A DNA stretch of 55,040 nucleotides from Minisyncoccota bacterium (GTDB lineage: Bacteria > Patescibacteriota > Minisyncoccia > UBA6257 > GWB1-50-10). The DNA lies in NCBI GenBank assembly GCA_041665265.1, contig JBAYJE010000005.1, positions 1 through 55,040 of the forward strand. The letters run 5' to 3'. Shown piece by piece: positions 16,598 through 24,973 of the stretch (the first letter of the stretch is position 1; each line of letters begins with the position of its first letter). The notes beneath the pieces are model-generated. The model was not told where the DNA came from, made no database searches, and worked only from the letters and a program-made list of their open reading frames with translations. The position numbers and the translations under genes were made by a program.

Positions 16598-18478
16598 ATG
16601 GCAGAGGATCCACGCGATGTAGTATATTTCGGCCGTACCAATTTCCGTAATCGGGAGCAGTTATTTGGTATACGCCGAAGAGATAGGAGACAGCACATGT
16701 ATGTCATAGGACAGACCGGTACTGGGAAGTCTGCGATGATTCACAACATGATTATGCAAGATATCGCTAATGGCGAGGGCGTGTGTCTTGTGGACCCCCA
16801 TGGTGAAAATGTAGAAGGACTTCTTTCAAAGATTCCTGAAAATCGCATGAATGATGTGGTGTATTTCAACCCTGCTGATGCAGATTTTAATATCGGATTT
16901 AATGTACTTGAATTACCCGATCCAAAATATAAACATCTCGTGGCGTCAGGTCTTATGGGAATTTTCACAAAGATTTGGTCAGGGGTTTGGTCTGCGCGTA
17001 TGGAGTACATTATGAATAATGCAGTTTTGGCACTTTTAGATACTCCAGGAACCACACTTCTTGGTATTACCCGCATTCTTGTGGATAAGGAGTATCGCCA
17101 GAAAATTGTGGGAAACGTAAAAGACCCAGTGGTGAAAGCATTCTGGATAAATGAATTTGAAGAATGGAAGGATCAATTTCGTAATGAAGCTATCGCACCT
17201 ATTCAAAATAAAGTGGGTCAATTTCTTTCGACCGCACTCGTAAGAAATATTGTGGGGCAATCAAAAAGTACTATTGATATTCCTGAGATAATGAACTCGG
17301 GCAAGATTTTTCTTGTGAATGTTTCTAAGGGACGCATTGGCGAAGATAATTCAGCATTACTTGGTGCTATGCTTATTACTAAAATTCAGCTTGCGGCGAT
17401 GGAACGTGTGAGAATTCCTGAGGCGGAGCGTCTCGATTTCTATCTTTATGTCGACGAATTTCAAAATTTTTCCACTGATTCATTTGCAAACATTCTCTCT
17501 GAGGCACGTAAGTATGGTTTGAATCTTGTGCTTGCACATCAATATGTGGGTCAGCTTATCACGGATACTTCAACGAAAGTGCGTGATGCGGTGTTTGGTA
17601 ACGTGGGTACCATGATTGTGTTTCGTGTGGGAGCAACGGACGCAGATTTTCTAGAAAAAGAATTTGAACCAGAGATTGGAGTTCAAGATATGGTGAATTT
17701 GCCGAACTATCATATTTATCTCAAATTGTTGTCGCAAGGACAACGAAGCAGACCTTTTTCTGCAACTACACTTCCACCACTCAAGATGAAATCGTCAGAA
17801 GATACCGAGGAGAAGGTTATTCAGAATTCACGGAAGCGGTATGCGCGACCACGATGGGCCGTTGAAGACGAAATTAATGTGTGGAGCGGCATGGGGCAGA
17901 GTGCAGAAAATGAGGCTGATTGTATGAATTGCGGGAAGCATATTAAATTGCCGTTTACTCCAATTCCGGGGCGTCCTGTCTACTGTCCTGAGTGTTATGC
18001 AAAAGTGAAATCAGGAGAAGTGGCGCCCGCACGTGTAATGCCAGAGGGAGGCGCATTTCAACGAAAACCTTCTTCGAGAAGTGTAGATGAGCTTGCGAGC
18101 CTTGGTATTGAATTTAAACCACGAGGCGCATCTGAAGAAGAGCCTTCTCATCCCACAGCAAGAGAAGAAATAAGAGAGGCTCGTCCTGCGCGACGCGAAG
18201 AATATAGGCCTCGTCCATCGTTAACCCCACATCTTCCTCCAAGGAGTAGTGAGCATGGGAGCGCGTCGAGAGGATCTGCACGACCAGAGCGACGCCCATC
18301 GATAATTCGTGAGAGGCCTGCGCCTGTTGCACCAAAACCTCCAGAACAAAAATCATCGTTGAGTCTTTCAGAATTGAAGCCGATGGAAAAAAAGGAATCG
18401 AAACACGTGCACGATGATAGTCATGTAGATGAATTGCGTGCGGCACTTGGTGCAGCACTAAAGAAAATGAAAGAATAA
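16598..18478 (+). CDS. VirD4/TraD-like (type IV coupling protein family) P-loop ATPase with C-terminal zinc ribbon and disordered tail
   Basis: Walker A GQTGTGKS, Walker B YLYVDEFQNF, LVLAHQY. CxxC...CxxC at nt 17921-17995 (CMNCGK...PVYCPECY), then a ~160-aa Arg/Pro/Glu/Ser-rich tail. Confidence 0.75.
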   Translation: MAEDPRDVVYFGRTNFRNREQLFGIRRRDRRQHMYVIGQTGTGKSAMIHNMIMQDIANGEGVCLVDPHGENVEGLLSKIPENRMNDVVYFNPADADFNIGFNVLELPDPKYKHLVASGLMGIFTKIWSGVWSARMEYIMNNAVLALLDTPGTTLLGITRILVDKEYRQKIVGNVKDPVVKAFWINEFEEWKDQFRNEAIAPIQNKVGQFLSTALVRNIVGQSKSTIDIPEIMNSGKIFLVNVSKGRIGEDNSALLGAMLITKIQLAAMERVRIPEAERLDFYLYVDEFQNFSTDSFANILSEARKYGLNLVLAHQYVGQLITDTSTKVRDAVFGNVGTMIVFRVGATDADFLEKEFEPEIGVQDMVNLPNYHIYLKLLSQGQRSRPFSATTLPPLKMKSSEDTEEKVIQNSRKRYARPRWAVEDEINVWSGMGQSAENEADCMNCGKHIKLPFTPIPGRPVYCPECYAKVKSGEVAPARVMPEGGAFQRKPSSRSVDELASLGIEFKPRGASEEEPSHPTAREEIREARPARREEYRPRPSLTPHLPPRSSEHGSASRGSARPERRPSIIRERPAPVAPKPPEQKSSLSLSELKPMEKKESKHVHDDSHVDELRAALGAALKKMKE

Positions 18479-18504
18479 AAAATCCCCCGAAGTGGGGGAT
18501 TTTA
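18477..18504. terminator. bidirectional intrinsic terminator
   Basis: AAAAAATCCCCCGAAGTGGGGGATTTTATTT lies between convergent genes. Confidence 0.8.
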
Positions 18505-18505
18505 T

Positions 18506-19087
18506 TTAACTTTTTTCTACGCGCTCTACGTATTGTCCGGTAAGGGTACTTACCTTGATGGTGTCTCCTTCATTAATGAAGAGGGGCACATTCACTTTTG
18601 CACCCGTCTCGATCGTGACTGATTTCGTTCCACCCTGAGCAGTATCTCCTTTAATTGCGGGAGGTGCCTCGGTTACCTTGAAATCCATTTTCACAGGCAC
18701 TTCAACGTTGATGAGTTTCTCGCCGTACTTAAATGATTTTACCTCTGTGTTTGGTTTCAAAAATCCGGCGATATCGCCAAGCGTTTCCTCTTTAAGAGAG
18801 AAGCGGTTTTTCGGATTTTTCACTTCAGTGAACCAATATTCTCCGCGATTTGAATAGAGAAAAGTAACAGGGACCATATCAATTTCCGCCTCTCTAAAAT
18901 CCTCATTTTGGTGTGCGGCATACTCAAGCACCTTCCCTGTGAGAAGATTCTTGATTTTAAGCTGGGCCACAGGTTTTCTTTGCTGCATACGGATGAAGGC
19001 ATATTCCTTCACTTCATACGGGTCTGGGTCATCATTCTTGGTGAACCGCGTCCCGATTTTCAATTCGTTATATGAGAGTTGTGCCAT
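18506..19087 (-). CDS. efp: elongation factor P
   Basis: KIKNLLTGK..., PPAIKGDTAQGGTKSVTIETGAKVNVPLFINEGDTIKV are collinear with bacterial EF-P. I call the start at MAQLSYNELKIG. Confidence 0.88.
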   Translation of the reverse strand: MAQLSYNELKIGTRFTKNDDPDPYEVKEYAFIRMQQRKPVAQLKIKNLLTGKVLEYAAHQNEDFREAEIDMVPVTFLYSNRGEYWFTEVKNPKNRFSLKEETLGDIAGFLKPNTEVKSFKYGEKLINVEVPVKMDFKVTEAPPAIKGDTAQGGTKSVTIETGAKVNVPLFINEGDTIKVSTLTGQYVERVEKS

Positions 19088-19129
19088 AACGCTTCCTATT
19101 TTATTGAATAATAAGGAATTTTGCAAATT

Positions 19130-19160
19130 AAAAAATCCCGGAAATAATTCCGGGATTTTG
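19130..19160 (-). terminator. intrinsic terminator (bidirectional shape)
   Basis: 9-bp stem ATCCCGGAA/TTCCGGGAT flanked by A and T runs. Confidence 0.75.
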
Positions 19161-19162
19161 TG

Positions 19163-19849
19163 CTATTCTACCCAGTTTTCTATTCGACGATTCCTTCTTT
19201 GTTTCTTTTTTATGGCGAGGATTTCAAGTAATGCTCCTATTCCAAAAATAGAAACTATCGGCGAAATAAGAATTATCAACGCATATTCAGGAACTCGTTC
19301 ATTTGGATTTCTATCAATCCAATAATTGCCACCGGTAAAGGTTCCAGATTTATCACTCATCCTCATCTTATCAGCTTTTTCCATGGTGAGGATTATGGCT
19401 ATACCGAGAATGACCCAGACAATTGCAATCATCCCGTAAACACCCACAAGTTCAGCGAGTCCTCCTGCAAATATGAATGTTGCAAGAAAAGAAACAAGAA
19501 AAGAAACGAGATACCAAATCCCATAAGCTATCCATGAGAGTGCAGAGACTATAAAGAAAAGAGGCCAAAAAATGGAAGAAATCATCCGAAGAGCGCCGAG
19601 AGAGTCTTTGTGTTCCCCGTTGGAGAGGGGAATCCTATCGTTTTCAATAGCAATCTCATGACTCGTTTTTTCATGAGGGTTAAGTAAGAGTATGTTCCAT
19701 CCACCAGAGAGAATTCGCGCAGGTGTGTTCATCTTTGCGGGGTCGGATTGAATCAAATTATCATGAACGAATGTTCCGACGGACCAGCCGATATTTAGAT
19801 AGACCGTGAGTATCACGATGCAAAATAGGATTTCCATGATTTTTTTCAT
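19163..19849 (-). CDS. membrane protein, paralog of 19986-20306 with a C-terminal extension
   Basis: AAGGAG SD. Shares TVYLNIGW and FIFAGGLAELVG with the neighbouring gene. About 5 TM segments. Confidence 0.6.
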   Translation of the reverse strand: MKKIMEILFCIVILTVYLNIGWSVGTFVHDNLIQSDPAKMNTPARILSGGWNILLLNPHEKTSHEIAIENDRIPLSNGEHKDSLGALRMISSIFWPLFFIVSALSWIAYGIWYLVSFLVSFLATFIFAGGLAELVGVYGMIAIVWVILGIAIILTMEKADKMRMSDKSGTFTGGNYWIDRNPNERVPEYALIILISPIVSIFGIGALLEILAIKKKQRRNRRIENWVE

Positions 19850-19936
19850 GTGAATCTCCTTATGTTGTGAATAAAAGAATTATTTAGATAAAAGTTTCTG
19901 CTTACATCTCAGTATATTTGTGCAAGAAAGTCAAGT

Positions 19937-19964
19937 AAAAAAATTCTCCCCATTGAGGGGAGAA
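19937..19964 (-). terminator. intrinsic terminator
   Basis: Stem TTCTCCCC/GGGGAGAA with a T-run on the minus strand. Confidence 0.7.
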
Positions 19965-19985
19965 AAGATAATAAAGGAGGAATAA

Positions 19986-20306
19986 TCAGACGGCGCCCAT
20001 AAGGCGAGCAAGTCCTCCCCAGAAAATGAACCACAAGATGAAATAAATAATCCAAGTGACAGAGAGCCAGATGAAATCGATGAACCAGATGAAGGAATAG
20101 CAGAATATCCACATACTATGATTAACAGCTTCGATGGCTGCTTTTTCTCCAGCGAGTACATTTATAGGTCCAGAAAGGAATTTCCCGAACGTTGTCTGAG
20201 GTACTGTTCCTTCGAGACTCACCCAATATGAGCCGATTGCCCAGCCAATATTGAGATAAACTGTTGCTGCAATGATGATGAGAAAAATCTTTTGAGATTT
20301 TGTCAT
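19986..20306 (-). CDS. small membrane protein (106 aa), paralog of 19163-19849
   Basis: GGAGG SD. TVYLNIGW and FIFWGGLARLMG motifs. Confidence 0.6.
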   Translation of the reverse strand: MTKSQKIFLIIIAATVYLNIGWAIGSYWVSLEGTVPQTTFGKFLSGPINVLAGEKAAIEAVNHSMWIFCYSFIWFIDFIWLSVTWIIYFILWFIFWGGLARLMGAV

Positions 20307-20334
20307 GTAACACCTCCTAAAAAATGGTTGTTAA

Positions 20335-20763
20335 TTATGGTGTAGTATAGACACCAAAATTTAATTCATTCAGTGAGTGAATATGTATAATCGCCGAATC
20401 GGGGAATCCAATATTAGTGTTAAAATATTCGACATAAAGAGAACTGTTTTCAGGACAATCCTGCTTTATGGTGTAATGATATGCGCGTCCAGAATTAACG
20501 CCATCATTAGATGATCTTGTGCAAAGAGTTTTGGAATCATCAATCCAGAAGATTGAGTACACATTTCTGTTTACTACTACTTTGATATCGCGAATAACTT
20601 CACATGGAACCCCAGGTTTGAAATCCGCGCGCATTTTATCCCGTTCCTGATTCGTGGTAAAGATAGCAAATATGAAAGCTCCCGCAATGAGAACAACAAG
20701 GAGTAAAAGAATTTCAAAAAAATGTTTTGTAACAAAAGCAATTGTGCGACTTTCTTTTGCCAT
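20335..20763 (-). CDS. membrane-anchored hypothetical protein
   Basis: GGAGG sits 5 nt before the ATG at 20763. One N-terminal TM helix and a Cys-containing extracytoplasmic domain. Confidence 0.55.
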   Translation of the reverse strand: MAKESRTIAFVTKHFFEILLLLVVLIAGAFIFAIFTTNQERDKMRADFKPGVPCEVIRDIKVVVNRNVYSIFWIDDSKTLCTRSSNDGVNSGRAYHYTIKQDCPENSSLYVEYFNTNIGFPDSAIIHIHSLNELNFGVYTTP

Positions 20764-20792
20764 ACAAACCTCCAAGCATAAGTGATATTTAG

Positions 20793-20821
20793 TTGATTAA
20801 TTACTGAAATATTTATATAAT
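20793..20821 (+). promoter_or_regulatory. sigma70-type promoter 12 nt upstream of the mnmA ATG
   Basis: TTGATT-17 nt-TATAAT. Confidence 0.55.
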
Positions 20822-20833
20822 ATTCGAGCTTAC

Positions 20834-22018
20834 ATGTCAAGAATTATAAAGAAAAAAAAGAAAGTTTTTGTGGGTATGAGCGGCGGCGTTGATTCGTCTG
20901 TTGCGGCATTATTGCTCAACAAACAGGGATACGAGGTGACTGGAGTTTTTATTAAATGCTATAACATTGATGGATGTGCGGAACGCGATGCAGAAGATGC
21001 GCGACGCGTTGCGGAGCATATTGGTATTCCCTTCTATGTATTCGATTTCGAGAAGGAATATAAGAAAAAAGTAGTGGAATATATGATTGAAGGATATCGG
21101 GCAGGACTTACGCCAAATCCTGATGTGATGTGTAATCGTGAGATAAAGTTTGGTCTTTTCCTTAAAAAAGCACTTTCACTTGGGGCAGACTATGTGGCGA
21201 CAGGACATTACGTGAGAGTACGCTCATCCGGCACCTCCGCTCAGGGTGTCTCCGGGGCCCTGCCTGCCGGCAGGCAGGGACGCTCCAAGTCTTACCTTTC
21301 GCGGAAGCATCGGATTTCGCCAAGTTTTTTCCTTCGAGAGGCGGAGGATAAGAACAAGGATCAATCGTATTTTTTGTGGACACTAACTCAAAATGAACTT
21401 CAATATTGTCTTTTTCCGATAGGTGATTATATAAAGCCTGAGGTGCGTGCAATTGCAAAAAAGGCGGGATTACCGACCGCAGAAAAGAAAGATTCTCAAG
21501 GAATCTGCTTTTTGGGAATGGTGGATATAAAAGATTTTTTAAAGAAGTATATTCGGGCAAAGAAGGGAAAAGTACTTAATATGGAAGGAGAGGTGATTGG
21601 CACACACGACGGAGCTGCATTTTATACGATAGGGCAGCGGCACGGATTACATATCGAAACAAAAGTTCGTGGAGCTCACGATACTGCGGCGCATTATGTG
21701 GCGGCAAAAGATGTGAAGAGGAATATTCTTGTGGTTGCTGAAGGAAGTGAGAACCCCATTCTTTTTAGAAAAGAAATTATTCTTATAGGTGTAAATATAA
21801 TGATGCCAGTTGATATAAAGAAAAAAATCTCTGTGGTTGCGCGCGTAAGGTATCGTCAGTCGGTTTCAGAGGCGATTTTGGAGAGAGTAAAGAGCTCGAA
21901 AAAAGCTGAAATGTATAAACTCACCTTTAATCAACCACAAAAGTTCGTAGCAGAGGGTCAATCAGCCGTGTTTTATACAAATGCAGGAGGTCTGGTCGGC
22001 GGGGGCATAATAGTGTAG
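20834..22018 (+). CDS. mnmA: tRNA 2-thiouridine(34) synthase MnmA, with an internal GC-rich insertion
   Basis: PP-loop VGMSGGVDSSVAA, NPDVMCN, ATGHYVR, KDQSYFLW, DSQGICF. An extra Gly/Ser/Ala/Arg-rich segment lies between GHYVR and KDQSYFL. Confidence 0.9.
   Translation: MSRIIKKKKKVFVGMSGGVDSSVAALLLNKQGYEVTGVFIKCYNIDGCAERDAEDARRVAEHIGIPFYVFDFEKEYKKKVVEYMIEGYRAGLTPNPDVMCNREIKFGLFLKKALSLGADYVATGHYVRVRSSGTSAQGVSGALPAGRQGRSKSYLSRKHRISPSFFLREAEDKNKDQSYFLWTLTQNELQYCLFPIGDYIKPEVRAIAKKAGLPTAEKKDSQGICFLGMVDIKDFLKKYIRAKKGKVLNMEGEVIGTHDGAAFYTIGQRHGLHIETKVRGAHDTAAHYVAAKDVKRNILVVAEGSENPILFRKEIILIGVNIMMPVDIKKKISVVARVRYRQSVSEAILERVKSSKKAEMYKLTFNQPQKFVAEGQSAVFYTNAGGLVGGGIIV
21258..21279. repeat. 22-bp perfect GC-rich palindrome inside the mnmA coding sequence
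   Basis: CCCTGCCTGCCGGCAGGCAGGG. The surrounding 60 nt (21229-21288) are 46/60 G+C by hand count. Confidence 0.9.
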
Positions 22019-22029
22019 AATAGGGACAT

Positions 22030-22599
22030 ATGAAAAAGACCATTGGGTTTTTCATTGGTTTTATAATGCTTTTGGGAGCTTTTAGCCCTGTATTTGCGGA
22101 AATGGAGGAAATAGCAACCACAACGACTGCAACCTCAACCCCTTTCACAAAGTGGGATATTATTCGCCTTATGCAGCGCGGGAAATTTGCTCCTGATACA
22201 ACATATGAGGCGTCGTTTTCAGAGCAAGAATTGAACGATTTTTTTGAAAGTGAGCTTGTCTCACTTAAGATGAAGTGGTTTGTAGAAAAGGCATCTATAA
22301 AAATTATGGAAGATTCGGTTGAAGTGACTGCAAGAGTACTTCGTCCTATAAAAGGGAATATGGTGGTAAGAGGTGCTGTTGAAGTGCGTGATGGAGAGGC
22401 CCGTCTTAAGGTTCTTTCTGCAAAGTATGGCTATTTCCCTGTTCCCACATCATTTGTGGAGAGGACCGGTAATTTTATTATGAAGCGTAAGTCACTTAAT
22501 GAGTGGCTTACTATTGGAAATGGAATATGGGATGAGTTGAAATTGAATGATGGAAGTCTTGATATTAAGATTCGTGCCCCGTCTCAGAATTCAGTATAA
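22030..22599 (+). CDS. secreted hypothetical protein
   Basis: Signal peptide MKKTIGFFIGFIMLLGAFSPVFA, a Thr-rich linker, and no recognised domain. Confidence 0.55.
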   Translation: MKKTIGFFIGFIMLLGAFSPVFAEMEEIATTTTATSTPFTKWDIIRLMQRGKFAPDTTYEASFSEQELNDFFESELVSLKMKWFVEKASIKIMEDSVEVTARVLRPIKGNMVVRGAVEVRDGEARLKVLSAKYGYFPVPTSFVERTGNFIMKRKSLNEWLTIGNGIWDELKLNDGSLDIKIRAPSQNSV

Positions 22600-22610
22600 C
22601 GAGACATGGT

Positions 22611-24074
22611 ATGCTTCCGTATGAGATTTTCTTCTTTGGAGTAATATTTTTTCTGGGTGGTGTTCTTGCTGCAAGCGCAGGGATACCACCTTTTTTTGTT
22701 ACCACATTTGGAATGATAGTAAGCATTCTTTGTGTTGTTCTACGAATTCGTACGAAAAATACACGCATATCGTGGTATGCAGGACTTATCCTTTTTCTTG
22801 TTGTGGGCTCACTTTATTATCGAATCGATAATACGCGATTTTTTGCGTCACCTGTGGTGTTTGAAACCTCAATAACTTTTTCAGGTGTAGTTGAAGAAGA
22901 TCCTGTTATTAAAGAAAGTGGCCAGGAAATAGTAGTAGGTATTACTGTGCCGTATCATGCACGTATTCTTGTGCGTTTACCCGCATATCCTCGATTTGCG
23001 TATGGAGATGTGATTCACGGAAAGGGGAAAATACAGAAGCCTTCAACGAGTTCATACGCACATTACCTCGAGAAGGAACGTATTCGTGGCACGATGAGTT
23101 TTGCAAGCGTAAAAAAAGTTGGACAAGGAGGTGGTTTCTCATTTCGCACTGCACTTTTTGCAATAAAACACAGAATTATGAATGCGTTTGTAAGCGTACT
23201 ACCTCCTGAAGAGGCAACTTTTTTGAGTGGGCTTACTATTGGTGCGCGTGGTAGTTTTTCTAAGGAATTAAAAGACAATATGCAGAAGAGTGGCACCACA
23301 CATCTTGTGGCACTTTCGGGGTACAACATTACTATTCTTGTTTCAGTAGCTATGAGCTTTTTATTATTTTTGTTCTCGAGACGTACTGCATTTATTTTTA
23401 CAATACTTCTTATTGTTGCATTTGTGGTTATGACTGGCGCAGAAGCATCCGTGGTACGTGCTGCAATCGTAGGATTTTTAGCACTTCTCGCATCTGAAAT
23501 TGGGCGCGTGTATGATATTCGCAATGCGGTCTTATGTGCAGCACTTGTAATGGTTCTTATAAATCCAAAAGTGCTTGCATTTGATATTGGATTTCAACTC
23601 TCTTTCCTTGCACTTCTCGGTATCGTGTATCTTCATCCCGCATTGCAACGTTTTCTGAGTATTGCGGAGAGCACTACCATTTTTTCGTGGAGGGAAAATA
23701 TATTGACTACACTCGCAGCACAACTTGCAGTGACACCAATTCTTATTGCAAATTTTGGATTCGTCTCTTTGATCTCTCTTTTTGCTAATGTTGCTATCTT
23801 AGAATTCATTCCAATTACGATGGGTCTTGGATTTCTTATCGCGGGAGTATCTTTTTTGTCTCATACAATTGCACAAGGCCTTGGATTTTTCGTTTCTCTA
23901 TTTTTAAAAATAGAGCTTTTTCTCATTTCATTTTTTGCTCATATACCAATTCCCGTGTCGTTTAAAGCAGGCGTGGTATTCACTATTGTATGGTATGTAG
24001 GACTTGGGGTATTGGTATGGCGCTATACTATACAAGATGCCGGACGAAATATTCAATTGGCTCAAAACCAATAA
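22611..24074 (+). CDS. comEC: ComEC/Rec2 DNA-uptake channel, membrane (competence) domain part
   Basis: Polytopic. GTTHLVALSGYNI, VVMTGAEASVVRAA and FQLSFLA are typical of the ComEC competence domain, and the N-terminal part is OB-like. Confidence 0.8.
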   Translation: MLPYEIFFFGVIFFLGGVLAASAGIPPFFVTTFGMIVSILCVVLRIRTKNTRISWYAGLILFLVVGSLYYRIDNTRFFASPVVFETSITFSGVVEEDPVIKESGQEIVVGITVPYHARILVRLPAYPRFAYGDVIHGKGKIQKPSTSSYAHYLEKERIRGTMSFASVKKVGQGGGFSFRTALFAIKHRIMNAFVSVLPPEEATFLSGLTIGARGSFSKELKDNMQKSGTTHLVALSGYNITILVSVAMSFLLFLFSRRTAFIFTILLIVAFVVMTGAEASVVRAAIVGFLALLASEIGRVYDIRNAVLCAALVMVLINPKVLAFDIGFQLSFLALLGIVYLHPALQRFLSIAESTTIFSWRENILTTLAAQLAVTPILIANFGFVSLISLFANVAILEFIPITMGLGFLIAGVSFLSHTIAQGLGFFVSLFLKIELFLISFFAHIPIPVSFKAGVVFTIVWYVGLGVLVWRYTIQDAGRNIQLAQNQ

Positions 24075-24927
24075 AAAACAGGCGATTCTTATTGTGTCTG
24101 CACTTATAATACTCGACGTCACTCTCTTTTTGGGTATTTTTTCTGATCTGGGAGTACAAAATAAATTAGTGCTTCATTTTTTTGATGTGGGTCAGGGTGA
24201 TTCGGAATTTGTGGTGTTACCAGGTGGTGTAAAGATGCTTATTGATGGAGGCCCCACAAACGGGCGGGTTATGAATGAACTTGCACGATCTATGAGTCAG
24301 GGGGACCGCTATATTGATCTTGTACTTATGACTCATCCGCAACTCGATCATTTCGGTGGACTTATTGATGTGGCAAAACAATATACTATTGGTACATTTA
24401 TTTGGAGCGGACGCGAAAGCGATGCGCCTGCATTTCAGGAATTAAAAAAAGAATTGCGTGGTCAGAATGCACATATAATTTCACTTAGTGCGGGGGATAG
24501 TATTCACAATGAAAAGAATGACATATCTATTCTTTCTCCTCACGTGAAATTTTTGAATGATAAGGATTTAAACAATTCATCATTAGTAATCCGTGTGAGT
24601 TCGGCAAGTACCACCGCACTTTTTGTGGGTGATATCGGTGCAAACGTTGAAGAATATCTTGTCCGCAATTTTGACATACAGACAGATATTCTCAAGGTTC
24701 CTCACCATGGTTCGCGCTTCTCATCAACTGATAAGTTTCTTCATGAAGTAAGCCCGAAGCTAGCAATTATTGAGGTGGGAAAAAATAGTTATGGTCATCC
24801 TACACAAGAAGTGCTCACCCGTTTGAGTGCAATTGGAGCTCGTATTCTTCGGACCGATTTGAATGGCGCAACTGAAATAATCAGTGAAGGGACACGAAGC
24901 AGCGTCCATCTTTCGAGAGAAAGGTAG
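24037..24927 (+). CDS. ComEC-type metallo-beta-lactamase domain protein (separate ORF, +1 frame)
   Basis: TM anchor, then FFDVGQGDSEFVV, MLIDGGP, HPQLDHFGG, VPHHGS and GHP. Overlaps the preceding ORF by 38 nt, or 71 nt from the TTG at 24004. Confidence 0.75.
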   Translation: MPDEIFNWLKTNKKQAILIVSALIILDVTLFLGIFSDLGVQNKLVLHFFDVGQGDSEFVVLPGGVKMLIDGGPTNGRVMNELARSMSQGDRYIDLVLMTHPQLDHFGGLIDVAKQYTIGTFIWSGRESDAPAFQELKKELRGQNAHIISLSAGDSIHNEKNDISILSPHVKFLNDKDLNNSSLVIRVSSASTTALFVGDIGANVEEYLVRNFDIQTDILKVPHHGSRFSSTDKFLHEVSPKLAIIEVGKNSYGHPTQEVLTRLSAIGARILRTDLNGATEIISEGTRSSVHLSRER

Positions 24928-24973
24928 AGAATTTCTTTTTCTTCTTATTTTTTTGTGCTATCATTTTTTTGTT

